Positions 23,250 through 35,845 are shown, counted from the first letter of the stretch. The stretch: 64,000 nt of DNA from Octopus sinensis (GCF_006345805.1 NC_042999.1:75702001-75766000), one strand, 5' to 3'. Notes: generated from the letters alone by a model not told the origin. Made by a program: numbers and translations.

Positions 23250-26200
23250 TATGTTTCTTTATTAGCCACACAGGGCTGCACACAGATAGAACAAATTACA
23301 AGGTAGAGCTTTTCTTTTGAAGGTTTAAAAAATAAAAAAATAAAAAATAAAAAAATAAAATAAAAATAAAATAAAAAAGGGGGGGTCGATCAAAAGGGAT
23401 CGTAAAAGGAGAGAAAGAGGACAAAAAAAAGGGGGCGTTAAAAAAAAAGGGGGAGAGGAAAAAAATTGATCAATAGGGATCGTTATCACAGAAATGTCAA
23501 TATGAAGTGTAAAGGGGAGGACAGGTGATGTTTACCCGTGGAAAGAAAAGCCTACGGAAAATACCACGGTAACCTCGGTCAATGAAGTCACATGTTATAT
23601 CTCTTTTTTTTTTTTTTTGCAAATTAGCAACTCTCTGTATTAATTTTTACGGTTCATAGAATCATAGTCAAGGTGGCTTCGTCATTCATACGTGCCATCC
23701 TTGCTACATTCACCCATCTTTTTTTAAAACATTCACTAGACAAAACTTGCCTCTCTACTCTCACTTTTTTCTTCAAGTGATACTTGAAGAAGTTGATGAG
23801 AGATTGACCAGAGAGGAAAGTGTTTGTCTCTAATCCTTTCAGACGCGTCCACCAGATACATTCTTTCGCCATAGCCACAAGTATGATAAAAATAGCTCTT
23901 CCTTCCCGTTTGAAGGAAGGAGGCGTGACGATATTAACGATAGACTCGGCTGATAAACCGACACGTCCCACACGTGACAGCAGTCGTTCGACATAAGCCC
24001 ACAGGTGGGAAATTGCTGGACACTGCACGATTGCGTGCAGAGCGGTTTCGTCGCTCTGCCCGCATCTCGGGCAGGTCGGCCCCGTGTTTCTCGAGCCATG
24101 CCTATAGAGCTTATCCCGAACGGGTAGCGCTTCTCGGTAGCACCGCCAGGCCAGGGATCTCTGGAAGTTGTCCATAGGTCCCGGCCGAAAGTCGTTTGAA
24201 ACAGGCGGGTCAGGTATTCCTCGTCGACGCCCAGGTTTGCCCCGAGCTCGTCGTCGTACCTCCCCTCCACTAATCCCCTATAGAATGCTTTGGTTGTGTT
24301 GAAGTCACTCAAGGTCGACCCGGGACGGCAGAGTTGCTTGAGAGCAACGCGACACTCGCGGTGCCATTCGCCCTTCTTCGGCCTCTTTTTGATCCACGAC
24401 TGTAGTTCGGTCATGGAGACGAGTTGCGGGAATGCGTGCCTCACAAACGGCGACCACACCTGTTCACCGTCGTCTACATAGAGCCGGAGATGTCGCAGTC
24501 TCAGCGCGTGTCTGCGCATCATCAACCACGGCATGCCCAGCCCTCCTTTTAACGGGTGTTGACAGCAAATGGATCGCCTGACCATCGGGACGCATCCTTT
24601 CCACAAGAAGCGGAAGAGGATGCGTTCTAGTTTGGTGATGGTAGGGTCGGGACAAGGTACGACGGTCAGGCGGTAGTAGATGATGGACGCGATGTACGCG
24701 TTCACCACCTCCGCCCGACCTTTTAGGGACAGTTTCCTCTCGGCCCATTGCTGGGCGAGAGTGACCACCCTACTCGTTATCTCGTTCCAGTTCTTCTCCA
24801 TTTGGAGGTCCGGACCGAACCAGACCCCGAGCAACTCAACCGGGCCGTCTGTCCAGCGTCCCACGACGGAGGTACTGGTGGACGGCATGGGCTTGCTTCT
24901 CCAGGTGCCGAGCCGCAAGCCCACTGACTTTTCCCGGTTGATTTTTGCTCCTGTCACCGCTTCGTAGTCTTTCAGTGTCTCGCCGACCCGCTCGATGTGC
25001 TCGTGGCTTGACACTATGACGGTGACGTCGTCCGCGTATGCAGACACGCTCGTCCCGCATCCTAATTCTCGCGGGATGCCCCTCAGAGTCGCCAGCTTCC
25101 GCAGTAGTGGCTCAAGAGTCAATACGTATAGAAGCGCCGAGAGGGGGCATCCCTGACGGACCGAACGTGCAATGTCGAAGGGTCTCGATAGATGTCCATT
25201 TACGCGAATTACCGAACGGATGCCTCTGTACAAGGCAGTTATCCAGCCGCGGAAGACGGGACCGAAACCAGCCGCTCTCAGGACTGCCTCCAAGTATCGA
25301 TGGTCTACCCTATCAAAGGCTTTCGATTGATCCAAGTTGATCAGGGCCCCACCCATGCCAGGTTCGTTAACTACCCTGTCTATGATGTAGCGCATCAGAT
25401 GGAGGTTGTCATGGATGCTCCGGCCCGGCACGGCGCACGTTTGTGCGTTGTCGACCAGTTTCTCCATGACAAGCGCCAACCTCTTGGCTAAACCTTTGTC
25501 AAAATTTTCAGGTCTGCATTGAGCAGAGTGATTGGCCTAAAGTTATCTATAATGTTTCCCTTGTTTGGATCTTTCTTCAGCAGAGTTACAGCTCCTCGAC
25601 TCACAAAACCGGGTATGCTCCCGTTTTGCTGCCAGTTGCAGTATACCGCTGCCAAGACGTCTCCAAACAAGTCTGGCATACAATAGTAAAATTCGTAGGG
25701 TAGACCATCCAAACCCGGTGATTTGTCCCTCGAGCATTCTGCCATCGCTTCCCGCACTTCCGCCGCCGTGATGGCACCTTCGCAGCACCCTGCCTTTCTT
25801 GTCGAGAGTCGTGGCAGGCTATGTAGGTAGGCACTGAAGTCTACCCTACGTTCTTGCCCTCCACTCGTCCCGAACAGTCGGGCAAAATGCTGCTGAAAGG
25901 CCTCACACATTTTACTTGGCTCGAGCAATTCGCGCCCCTGTTCATCTACCAGTGACCGAATGGTGGCTTTGTTGCCCTGTTGCGCCTCTGCAACCCGGGC
26001 CTCTCTCGCGGCTCCAACACCTTCGTTCCTTAGAGCACGCATCCTAGCTCTGACAGCACATCCTTCGTGTTTGGCGTTGAAGTGTTGGTCGAGGGCCAAC
26101 CTCGCCGCCAAAACGTCGGATGCGATGCCGCTTCTAATTGCCTCTTCTAGCTTCTTAACTAGCTTACCCTCTACTCTATTTCTATCTATGGCTAGTGCTT

Positions 26201-27215
26201 TGCTGTACCTAATCGCTTCTGCTTTTACTGCTCTCTTGAGGGCAAACCACCATTTGTTGTTGATGATGGCTCCGGTCAAAGCCCTCTTTACTAGTGTGCT
26301 AATCCGGTCTCTGAAAACTTGTCTGGACGGGAATGATGCGTTCAGTTTCCAGTACCCAGGACCCTGTCTATGTGCCTTATCTAAGTCTAGCGTACACGTC
26401 ACCAATTTGTGATCCGTGTAGCTGACTGTGTGGAATTGTGGACATCCTAAGTTATCCTTGTCTACTGTCCTACACAGTATCCTATCTAGATACGATCTCG
26501 ACGACCCACTGTGGTTGCTCCATGTCCACGTTGGTGCATTTGGGTGGTCGAGTCGGTACCTGTCAGACAGTTGGAATCGTCTGAGCAGGTCTCTGAGGCA
26601 TTTGCATCCCCTTCTGTTTCTGTCTCTACCCACGTAGTCTACATGCGTGTCCAAGGTAGCATTCCAATCCCCCACTAAGAGTAAAGGACGAGACGTTCCT
26701 AAGAATACTTCTAGACGTCGAAAGAAATCCGCCCGACCTGTTAAGGGCGGTGCGTAGACTGATACGAGTCGAAAAGCGCACCCATTGCTGCCGTCAACAT
26801 CCAGAACGATCAGTCTACCCTCCGGGTCTACGAATATCGTCTTGACTTCGAGATCCAGGCTCTTGTGAAAAAGTACCGCGGTGCCACTACCGCCCATCCT
26901 CGGCAGACAGGGAGCGAAATAAATGTTAAACTGTCCGCCAAACATGGACTTTAGGGCCCGTGGCTCGTGGAGTCTGGTCTCACTTATGGCTATGATTCCC
27001 AAATCATGTGACTTGATGTTATTTAGGAGGTATCCTTGTTTCCAAGGAGACCCCAAGCCACGCGCATTCACACAACCAATCTTGACCATGATTCTATTGG
27101 GGTGTGTGCTTTAAAACACACAAATGAAAGTACAGAGAGTTACTTACTGCTCCCAACTGTGGTCGCCGAAAAGTAAAAATCGATGGCGGGACATAAGGAA
27201 ATCCAGTGCCACCAC
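23250..27215 (-). mobile_element. Young L1/Tx1-clade non-LTR retrotransposon, ORF2 complete, ORF1 missing
   Basis: APE endonuclease (NARGL, ISETRL, GDWNA, YLDRI, TDH), RT (SPGLDG, RPITLL, LDQSKAFDRV, QGCPLS, YADD) and C-terminal CPRC..ETALHAIVQC. The 3' UTR ends AATAAAGAAAC before (TATC)n. Much more GC-rich than the flanks. Confidence 0.97.
23654..27089 (-). pseudogene. Tx1 ORF2 (endonuclease-reverse transcriptase) split by two 1-nt frameshifts
   Basis: ORFs 25488-27089, 23839-25479 and 23654-24175 join with single-base insertions near 25490 (KV/LAKRL) and near 24182 (TTFG/PMDNFQ). No internal stops otherwise. Confidence 0.9.
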
Positions 27216-27216
27216 A

Positions 27217-27292
<76 letters not shown>

Positions 27293-27294
27293 AA

Positions 27295-27465
27295 TTGACT
27301 CGGTGAAACAGCTGAGCTACTAGGAGAGGCTACAAGAACTGAACGTGTACTCCCTGGAAAGAAAGTGAGAAAGGTATGCAGTGATACACATATGGAAGAT
27401 CTTGGAAGGTCTAACTCCCAACTTTGGAATTAAAAGATATACCAACTACCGAACTGGACGGCAAC
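27295..27465 (+). mobile_element. CR1-like LINE C-terminal fragment
   Basis: DSVKQLSY*ERLQELNVYSLERK*ERYAVIHIWKILEGLTPNFG matches the CR1 LSYxERLxxLxLYSLERRR motif. Confidence 0.75.
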
Positions 27466-28129
27466 AACAATAGCTGCAACAGAAGCCGCGAAAACAGAAA
27501 CAGCAATAGCACTAGCATCAACATAAAACTCGTTAGCAATAGCAACTAGGGTGACGAAAATTAATGGCTATAATAAAATAATTGCCACTTAGGAAATATA
27601 CAAATCCAACAGCACTTTCTCTCCTTGACCCCATTATTTCATCCCCACTACGTGTACAAACACAGATATACACTTAAAAGAGAACATGCCCTTATCCCTG
27701 TCCAAGTCGGAATCTTCCAATCATACCCCTGGTGATGATGAAAAGAGGAAGGGGGCAAGCAAAGCAAAGAAAAAAATAGCTGAATGAATAAAAAAAACTG
27801 AATAGCAAAACACAACACCAACTCCACATCGATTCCAAACAGTGCTAAACCACAAGCATGCCATCACAACACCGACTCTAATGGCAGCAACGAAAAGAAA
27901 ACACACAAACGAAACAACCACGAACATACAAAAGAAAACCAGCAGACAAGCCCCTAAACTCAGCAACAACCAGAGCAAACAAAACAAATTAAATACACAA
28001 CTTCATCTACAAGGACAACAGATGACAACAGACTGTGCTCACTTTCAACTTTGTAATAGAAAAATACATAACTGCTATCTAACGTAGCACAAACGAAGAC
28101 ATAGAGACAGAGGGGAAAACTCTCAATAA

Positions 28130-29125
28130 AAGTACAGTGAATGTCCAAGTGGGTGTGCCAATCGATACAGGGAAGTGATAAAGAATTTCTCATATGATGT
28201 TTGGAACGGCCTCGAACCTACTCCTTCCTCACACAGAGAAGAGATTTTGACTCGCATTATTGCCCACAGTAGGTGACACACTTTTCTTCTTCTCTTAAGT
28301 AGGTGAATACTTTTCTTCTCTCCTTTAATACCAAAATGGCAGCTTTAAGTTGGATAAATACACATGGCCTAGAGTCGCTCTGGAAGCAGGGGTGCCTGCA
28401 CAATGACAACTGATCTCTAGCTATGAATGTGATAACCATCAGCGGGGCCAAGATTTTCGGCACACATAAATGACGCCCGTTTTTGACGACTTTGAGATCG
28501 AAGCTTCTCTGAGCGGACTTATGATGTGAAGCAGAGTGACAGTTTTCTTTCGGAAATGCCTGAAGCTCGAGATATGATCGATCTTCTTAGAGTCTGACGG
28601 TAAGTGGTCCTGGATGTGCACAGTAGCGAAAGGGGTGCTGTTAGACAAATATCTGTCTATGCCACGAGCAGTTTTCTTCTGACGCCGAATAGTTTCTATG
28701 GAACGTCCCGCTTTTTAGCTAATAGAAGTGTGCAAAGCCTTGTAGATTCCGACTGGATCTCTAGACTGTACCAGTGTGGATATGAGCAAACCGCATTGGG
28801 TCATTTAGATCGCATTGCAGACAGAGTATTCTGTAAGCTAGCAGATAGCATATCTATAATTCAAAATAGTCGGCTATACAAACTATAAAGATTTGATTTG
28901 TACTGTCAACCGAGGTAAGATAAGCTTACAGAGACCAGATTAGAGAACTAGTTATGCAGTAGTTGACTGGGGTAGTCGTCAACAACCGATGGTGGTTCGC
29001 CCTGAAAAAAGGCAATTAGATTACAATGATACTGTTTAATAAGGTCATTGTGATAGAGAGTTGTAGGGGAGCTAGTTGAGAACCTGGAAGAGGCACTTAG
29101 GAAAGGCATTGCGACTGATGGGGTG
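28130..29125 (+). mobile_element. Decayed Tx1-family endonuclease fragment
   Basis: MAALSWINTHGLESLWKQG.., VVVNNRWWFALKK and RVVGELVENLEEALRKGIATD align with the 25488-27089 ORF (NARGLGSPWKQG, NNKWWFALK, EGKLVKKLEEAIRSGIASD). Confidence 0.85.
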
Positions 29126-29139
29126 GAATTTATTGTCTA

Positions 29140-29429
29140 CTAGCAGAAATACCCGGAGTTGCCCGGGTTAAAGAAAATAATGAAATTTAAAAACGTCGTG
29201 TAGATTACGCAGGTCTCAACTGCTAGTAGCTGAGATACCAACTTTCTACATAACTCTGCAACCCATACCAACATGGAACATAGACGTTAAGTGGAATACG
29301 AAAAGAGAGTTTTCAACTCATATATTTGTATAAAGTAAATACACATTTGTCTTACTTATTTCGTAACCATAAAACAGGTACAGATTATAAACAATGAAAG
29401 TCTGTGCGTTTGGTACATACACGCACACA

Positions 29430-29473
<44 letters not shown>

Positions 29474-31240
29474 TACACACACACACAACACACACACACA
29501 CACACACACAGCGAATATAGCACGTTATAGTTTGACTTTTATGCACACAGATATACATTCATGCAAGCCAGTCGAAAAGTGAAAGTGTAATAGTTATACT
29601 TTAATACTCAATGGTTTTACACTTCTGTATAGAATATAGACCTACTATTTATGTAAGTGCTCCTTTATATACTGTGTTTTCTGTCTTGCCATGTTTATCA
29701 CTGAGAATTCAGAGGTTCTTTTCATCTCCAACTCTAGAACATCGAACATACAGCTGACCATGTGAGAATCAAGGTTGAAGGAGGTTAAGTCCCACCACCT
29801 TTAGAGATTGACCTTGTGCTTTGTTGATAGACATTGCAAAGCTGAGTTTGACAGGAATCTGCAGTTTCTTGAACTGAAAGGGGAGATCATTTGAGATGAG
29901 AGGTATCCTTGGAATGAAGACATTCTCACCCATTACGTTGCCATTATGGAGAAGAGGTTTCTCAGCTGCATAGAAGACTTGCACATTTGTGCCTCTGTCA
30001 GAGTGGCATCCCAGTGTGCATCATCTTCCAGAAGACCTCAGAGATGGCAAACCTGACGATATGTTTGACATACTGTGTTATAAACCGTGCGTAAGGGTGT
30101 AAATAATGTGGGTCCTGTGACATGGAGTAATAGAAGCCTTAGATAGTAGCACTGTAAGTAGTTGGGATGGACAACATAGACTCTGCCAAGTGTGTCTGAT
30201 TTTTTGATTCCCGGATGATATGTGGATGCACGTCTTTTCCATTTGTTTTAGTACCGGGTATAGAATTGTGGAACTTTATTGTAAGCAGTATTGTAGCAAA
30301 TTCATCATCCTGACAGAGCTTGAAGAATGTTGTAAGTGTGGTATTTTTGGGAGCTTCCATTTGTAGTTGGACTGTGTCTGTCATTGTGCTGTGTCTAAGA
30401 TGGAGCACAATGTCACGTTTGTCATGTTCTTGCCCAACCAGAAGTACAGCTATTTCATTTGTTGTTGATGCATTAAACTTCCCTCCATATTGACTAGACG
30501 GTTGCTTGTCTGATCTGATAACTACCTCGTAATCCATGGAGTCGGGCGGAATTGTTTCAAGTGCAGTCTTGAGGGCTTCTGATCAGGTTGTTATTGTTAT
30601 GCAGAATCTTTTGCAGAGACACTACAATGTTCATTCTGATGCCATAAATGTTCTTGCACCTCTCTTGCAGCTTATTGATGAGAATCACCCATAAAATATA
30701 TTTGAAGGAATTTTGGTAATTCATTTGACAGAACCAATCGGATGATAAATCTGAACCTGGACCTTGAAAGTTTGCATGAATCCTGGCTCAGTTGTATCAC
30801 TTGTGGCTCTAAATGGTGTCATCTACAGTGCAGCATTGTACTGTATAATTTTATTTTGGAAGTGATTTGCTGAAGCAATTTGTCAGTCAGTGAATCAAAG
30901 ATCCAGTACCGAAGGAACCAGAAAGAAACCATCAACAACAGAAAAACAGAAAACCGTAGGGATTCAATTGAAATTTATGAAGATACTTCTGTCAGTAAAT
31001 TATGAAATTACTTACATCAGTAATTGTGAACTTCCTTCTGTCAGTAATTTGTTATTGTTTGTTTGTAAATAGCGATTCAAAACTTACAGTGAAAAACTTA
31101 CGGTGAAAAGCTTACAGTGAAAAACAATAACATGGAAGTTAAACAATGGCGTATGAAAATTGAAAATGAAAAGAATAGCGTCTGAAAAATGAAAGAGAAG
31201 ATAAGAGATATAGATAGAGAGATATGTTACAGAGAGAAAG

Positions 31241-31335
<95 letters not shown>

Positions 31336-31340
31336 CAGAC
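29140..31340 (-). mobile_element. Internally deleted Helitron
   Basis: The 3' end has hairpin ACCCGG-GCAACT-CCGGGT (29151-29168), then CTAG|T at 29143-29139. Pif1 C-terminus FAMSINKAQGQSL..FSHGQLYV.CSRV. N-terminal RepHel-type motifs QYNAAL.MT..A..GFMQTFKVQ.QIYH.IGS, YEVVIRSDK..FNA.T.NEIA..RDIVL and TTLTTFF.LC. The 5' boundary is uncertain (within (TATC)n). Confidence 0.9.
31243..31335. repeat. (GATA)n microsatellite
   Basis: Direct reading. Confidence 0.95.
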
Positions 31341-32285
31341 AAATAGTGATGGATAGAGAGATATACATAAAGAGATATGTTAAGTCGCTGGCAGCAATAG
31401 CAGCAAAGATATTAACAACGTGATCAAGGTCACTCGAAGGCCTTCTTTCTGGAGAAAAAAAAAACAGCAAATGAAAATAAGTGGGTGGCAGAAAGCATCT
31501 AGGGCAACAATATCAACAACAGAAGGGCTCAGTTCCGGTATGGAAACTTGTCCTCAGTTCCGGTATGGAAACTTGTCCACCAAAGACCAATGATCACTAT
31601 GAAACTGAGGGATCCCTCCTTCAGATTTTGCAGGAGGCTGTGAGTAGCCTCAAGTACTACACCGTGGTCTTGCAATAATGGTGAGGCATGGAGATTGGAG
31701 AATGCAGGGAAGCTAAAGGGACAGTTAAAAGAAAGAAGAGGGAAAAATATGAATATGCCTGGCCTAAAACCAAATAAGAGGTTGGAAGAGACGCCCATTC
31801 TCTTACACTGCCTCAAATTCACGCTTCTCCGAACCACCAACGACGACTTGATGAATTTTCTAAATGATATGAATGATGCATAAACTGATAAGAAGGGGGT
31901 TTCTATTTCAAGTCATAGAACATCTAAATGACTGGCTATTGGCAAACCCATTCCAATAGTCTATAAATTGCACAGGCTCCGCTGCCAAAGAAGTGAGCGT
32001 GAGAAGTACCAAATTGCAGTACCTAGATCAGTTGTTCCGTATCGAAAATGATTCATTCATCTTTAGATGGCAATTATTTTCATTTTGTTATGTATGGATT
32101 GTCTTTTGTTTCGTATTTTTAATGTATTTTATTACACTTTTGCAGCCGCTCCGCTTAATTCATTATATGTATGTACATCCTTATATGTCATGTAATTCTT
32201 TCGTATGGCACATTTTGTTTTTGGATATGTATGCCCCTGTGGTTACTATAAGAAAGTATTATTATTACTATTATTATTATCATTA

Positions 32286-32447
32286 GGCGCAGGAGTGGCT
32301 GTGTGGTAAGTAGCTTGCTAACCAACCACATGGTTCTGGGTTCAATCCCACTGCGTGGCATCTTGGGAAAGTGTCTTCTGCTATAGCCCCGGGCCGACCA
32401 ATGCCTTGTGAGTGGATTTGGTAGACGGAAACTGAAAGAAGCCTGTC

Positions 32448-32487
<40 letters not shown>

Positions 32488-32717
32488 GTATGTGTGTGTT
32501 TGTGTGTCTGTGTTTGTCCCCTAGCATTGCTTGACAACCGATGCTGGTGCGTGTTTACGTCCCCGTCACTTAGCGGTTCGGCAAAAGAGACCGATATAAT
32601 AAGTACTGGGCTTACAAAAAATAAGTCTCGGGGTCGATTTGCTCGACTAAAGGCGGTGCTCCAGCATGGCCGCAGTCAAATGACTGAAACAAGTAAAAGA
32701 GTAAAAGAGTAAGAGTA
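32286..32717 (+). mobile_element. SINE family A, full length
   Basis: GGCGCAGGAGTGGCTGTGTGGTAAG...GGGTTCAATCCC...TGACTGAAACAAGTAAAAGAGTAAAAGAG; near-identical to 52018-52421. Confidence 0.92.
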
Positions 32718-32761
32718 TTATCCTTATTATCATTATCCTTATTATTATTATTATTATTATT

Positions 32762-33212
32762 GAGTGAGAGAGCAGTTCATGCCATCAAAGTGACACTGGG
32801 GTAAAATATACGAAGCCCAATATACCCATCATGACTACCCGTCTGATAAAGGTACACCAGGCACATGCATCACAACCATATGTGCGCGACATGGTGATCT
32901 CATATTAAGATAAACAGCACATGACCTTGCAGGTGGGGCCAGTTAGAATTTTCTTCAGGTTGAGTAGCCCATCCCGCTCAAACGGTCCCTGAATAAGGGT
33001 TGTTTAAGGATGTTGAAAGAACCACCCATGTTTCCAGAGGTGAACTATTCAAACCCCAAAGAATCCCTCTCAACACATGGCTATGATGCTCCCCCACTAC
33101 TTCTGCTCGTGATCAGAGATGCACATATCGTCAGCCACTAAGGGACATGCTCAACTGGTTAAGGTCAAACAACTGACAAGCAAATCTGTGGAATTGAGCA
33201 GAATATTTGCTG
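32762..33212 (-). mobile_element. SINE-like interspersed repeat (family C)
   Basis: Discrete GC-richer 450-bp unit bounded by (ATT)n on both sides within a SINE pile-up; no ORF. Orientation is inferred from tail position. Confidence 0.5.
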
Positions 33213-33226
33213 TTATTATTATTATT

Positions 33227-33712
33227 AAGGCGGTAAGCAGGCAGAATCGTTAGTATGCTGGACGAAATGCTCAGCGGTATTTCGTCTGTCTTTATGTTCT
33301 GAGTTCAAATTCCGCAGAGGTCGACTTTGCATTTCATCCTTTTGGGGTCGATAGATTAAGTACCAGTTGTGTAGTGGGGTCGATCTAATCAACTGGCCCC
33401 ACCCCAAAAATATTTGGCCTTGTGCCTAGCGTAGAAAAGATTATTATTATTATTATTATTGTTGCTGTTATTATTATTAAGGCGGCAAGCTGGCAGAATC
33501 GTCAGCACGTTGGACGAAATACGTAGCAGTATTTCGCCCGTCGCTACGTTCTGAGATCATATTTCGCCGAGGTCGTCTTTGCTTTTCATCCTTTCGAAGT
33601 CGATAAAATAAGTACCAGCTGAGCACTGGGGTCGATGTAATCGACAAAGACGCCCCACCAAAAAAATTGCTGCCCTCGTGGCAAAATTTGAAATCATTAT
33701 TATTATTATTAC

Positions 33713-33760
<48 letters not shown>

Positions 33761-33995
33761 TACTACTACTACTACTACTACTATAAAGGAAGCGGTGAGC
33801 TGTCAGAATCGTTAGCACGCCGTACGAATTGTTTAGCGTTATTTTGTCTGCCGCTACGCTCTGAGTTCAAATTCCGCCGACTTTGCTTTTCATCCTTTTG
33901 CGGTCGATAGATTAAGTACCAATTGAGTACTGGAGTCTATGTAATCGACTATCCACCTTCTCCATATTTCAGCCCTTCTGCCTATAGTAGAAAGG
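33227..33995 (+). mobile_element. Three tandem SINE family B copies
   Basis: Copies at 33227-33440, 33479-33690 and 33790-33995, each starting (AA)GGCGG..AGCTGGCAGAATCG and followed by (ATT)n. Confidence 0.9.
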
Positions 33996-34002
33996 ATTAT
34001 TA

Positions 34003-34078
<76 letters not shown>

Positions 34079-35476
34079 ATTAAGCATATCGCTTAATCTG
34101 GATTTCTGTTGTCTCGTAAAGAGATTTTCTTCACCTATTTTATTTTACTTTACTTCTTTTTATGTTACATTACGTTATATTATTCAAGTTGGTCGCTGAG
34201 TGCAGCTGAAAGCTGAGAAAGTTGGTTGCCCTGGTTGGGTGACAAGGTGCACATTGGCAAGTAGTACTAACAATGCTGTTAATAACAGCCCATGTCATTG
34301 CTAGATACACAAGATGTTCAACCATTTATGTTGACAATATATATATATATATATTAAAAAAATGCATAAATCCAAACAAACGAACAAAGCAAAGAAACGC
34401 TATTGCGAGAAACATTTTTCTACATTAAGTTTCACGTCATACGTATTTATTTAAACAGTGAACGACACAACGACAAATTCACATGAACATACATACAGGG
34501 CTATGTGCTTATGAATGAAGTAAGTAAAAACCGCAAAACTTCGGCGATCGACTCCAGAGTTTGAGTCCTGTGAACAATATTTCTATCTTTGTTCGATGTT
34601 GTATGAGTTGGATTAGGGCTGGTGAGATAGATTATCTAAACGTCACAAATTGAATTGCATACGTCCTGAGTTCAAATCTTGAAGCTCAGGTTTTGACCCT
34701 GAGTACCAGTGGTATTCTGGAATAGATTTGATGGGCTTTACCAAACAATTTCCGTTGTTATATTTATTCATATTAAAATATTACAATTTTATGAGACGAA
34801 GACGACGAAATTGAAAGCTTTGGCTAGCACTAAGAACTTAGAACTTTCATTTTGAAAAGAGAAATGTTATTAATACTCACTGTGGGTTACACGGTCACGC
34901 TAATAATATCATGCTACGTTATTCAACATATTACATCTCTGGTATATTTATTGTTAAACAACATTATTGTTTTAAAAAAATCTCTGAACGAGATATAAAC
35001 AGTAACCGCACGACAACGTAAAGTGTACTAGCCATCTAAATGTGGCTAGCCACTGGGGGTGGGGTGTTACTGATGCTTTTAGCCCCAGGAGATCAACGTC
35101 ACCAGCTGGCCTTAGACACAAAATTTCAGTGCCCTTGTGTTATTTGCAAAGGGAGGTCATTCTCCCTCGAAAACCTAAGTGATACATACGGACTATAGTT
35201 TCAAGGTAATTGCCTCTCGTCAACGCATGGTAAACACCGGTTTTCGATGAAGGAGACCTTTGCAAATAATAATATTTAACGTTTTTCACAGCAACCACAT
35301 TCACTGATTTAGAAAAACTGTCTGAAAGCATTAATAAATCTCTGAACGAGATATAAACAGTAACCGCTCGTACATATATAATAACAATATATTCCAAATA
35401 TATAAGTGAAAAAGTATTCTATTAAATTTGATTTAAATTTGATGGATATTTTTATTTTGAATATTAGTATTCATTA

Positions 35477-35845
35477 AGGCGGCAATCTGGCAGAAACGTT
35501 AGCACGCCGAGCGAAATGCGTAGCCGTATTTCGTCTGCGTTCAAATTCCGTCGAGGTTGACTTTACCTCTCATTCTTTCGGAGTTGATGAATTAAGTACC
35601 AGTTATGCACTGGGGTCGATGTAATCGACTTAATCCGTTTGTCTGTCCTTGTTTGTCTCCTCTGTGGGTTGTAAAGAAATAGATATTTTGTCTGCCGCTA
35701 CGTTCTGAGTTCAAATTTCGCCGAGGTCGACTTTGCCTTTCCTCCTTTCGGGGTCGATCAAATAATTTGAGCACTGGGGTCGATGAATCGAGTTATCCCT
35801 ACCCCCAGACTTGCTGGCCTTGTGCTAAATTTGAAATCACTATTA
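35477..35845 (+). mobile_element. Dimeric SINE family B variant
   Basis: Head + body + TTGTTTGT..GTAAAGAAATAG tail, then a second body starting at TATTTTGTCTGCCGCTACG. Confidence 0.85.

Noticed and set aside
32286-34080. CRISPR-like regular repeats
   Set aside because: Eukaryotic SINE copies of 200-450 bp with microsatellite linkers; no repeat-spacer structure or cas genes.
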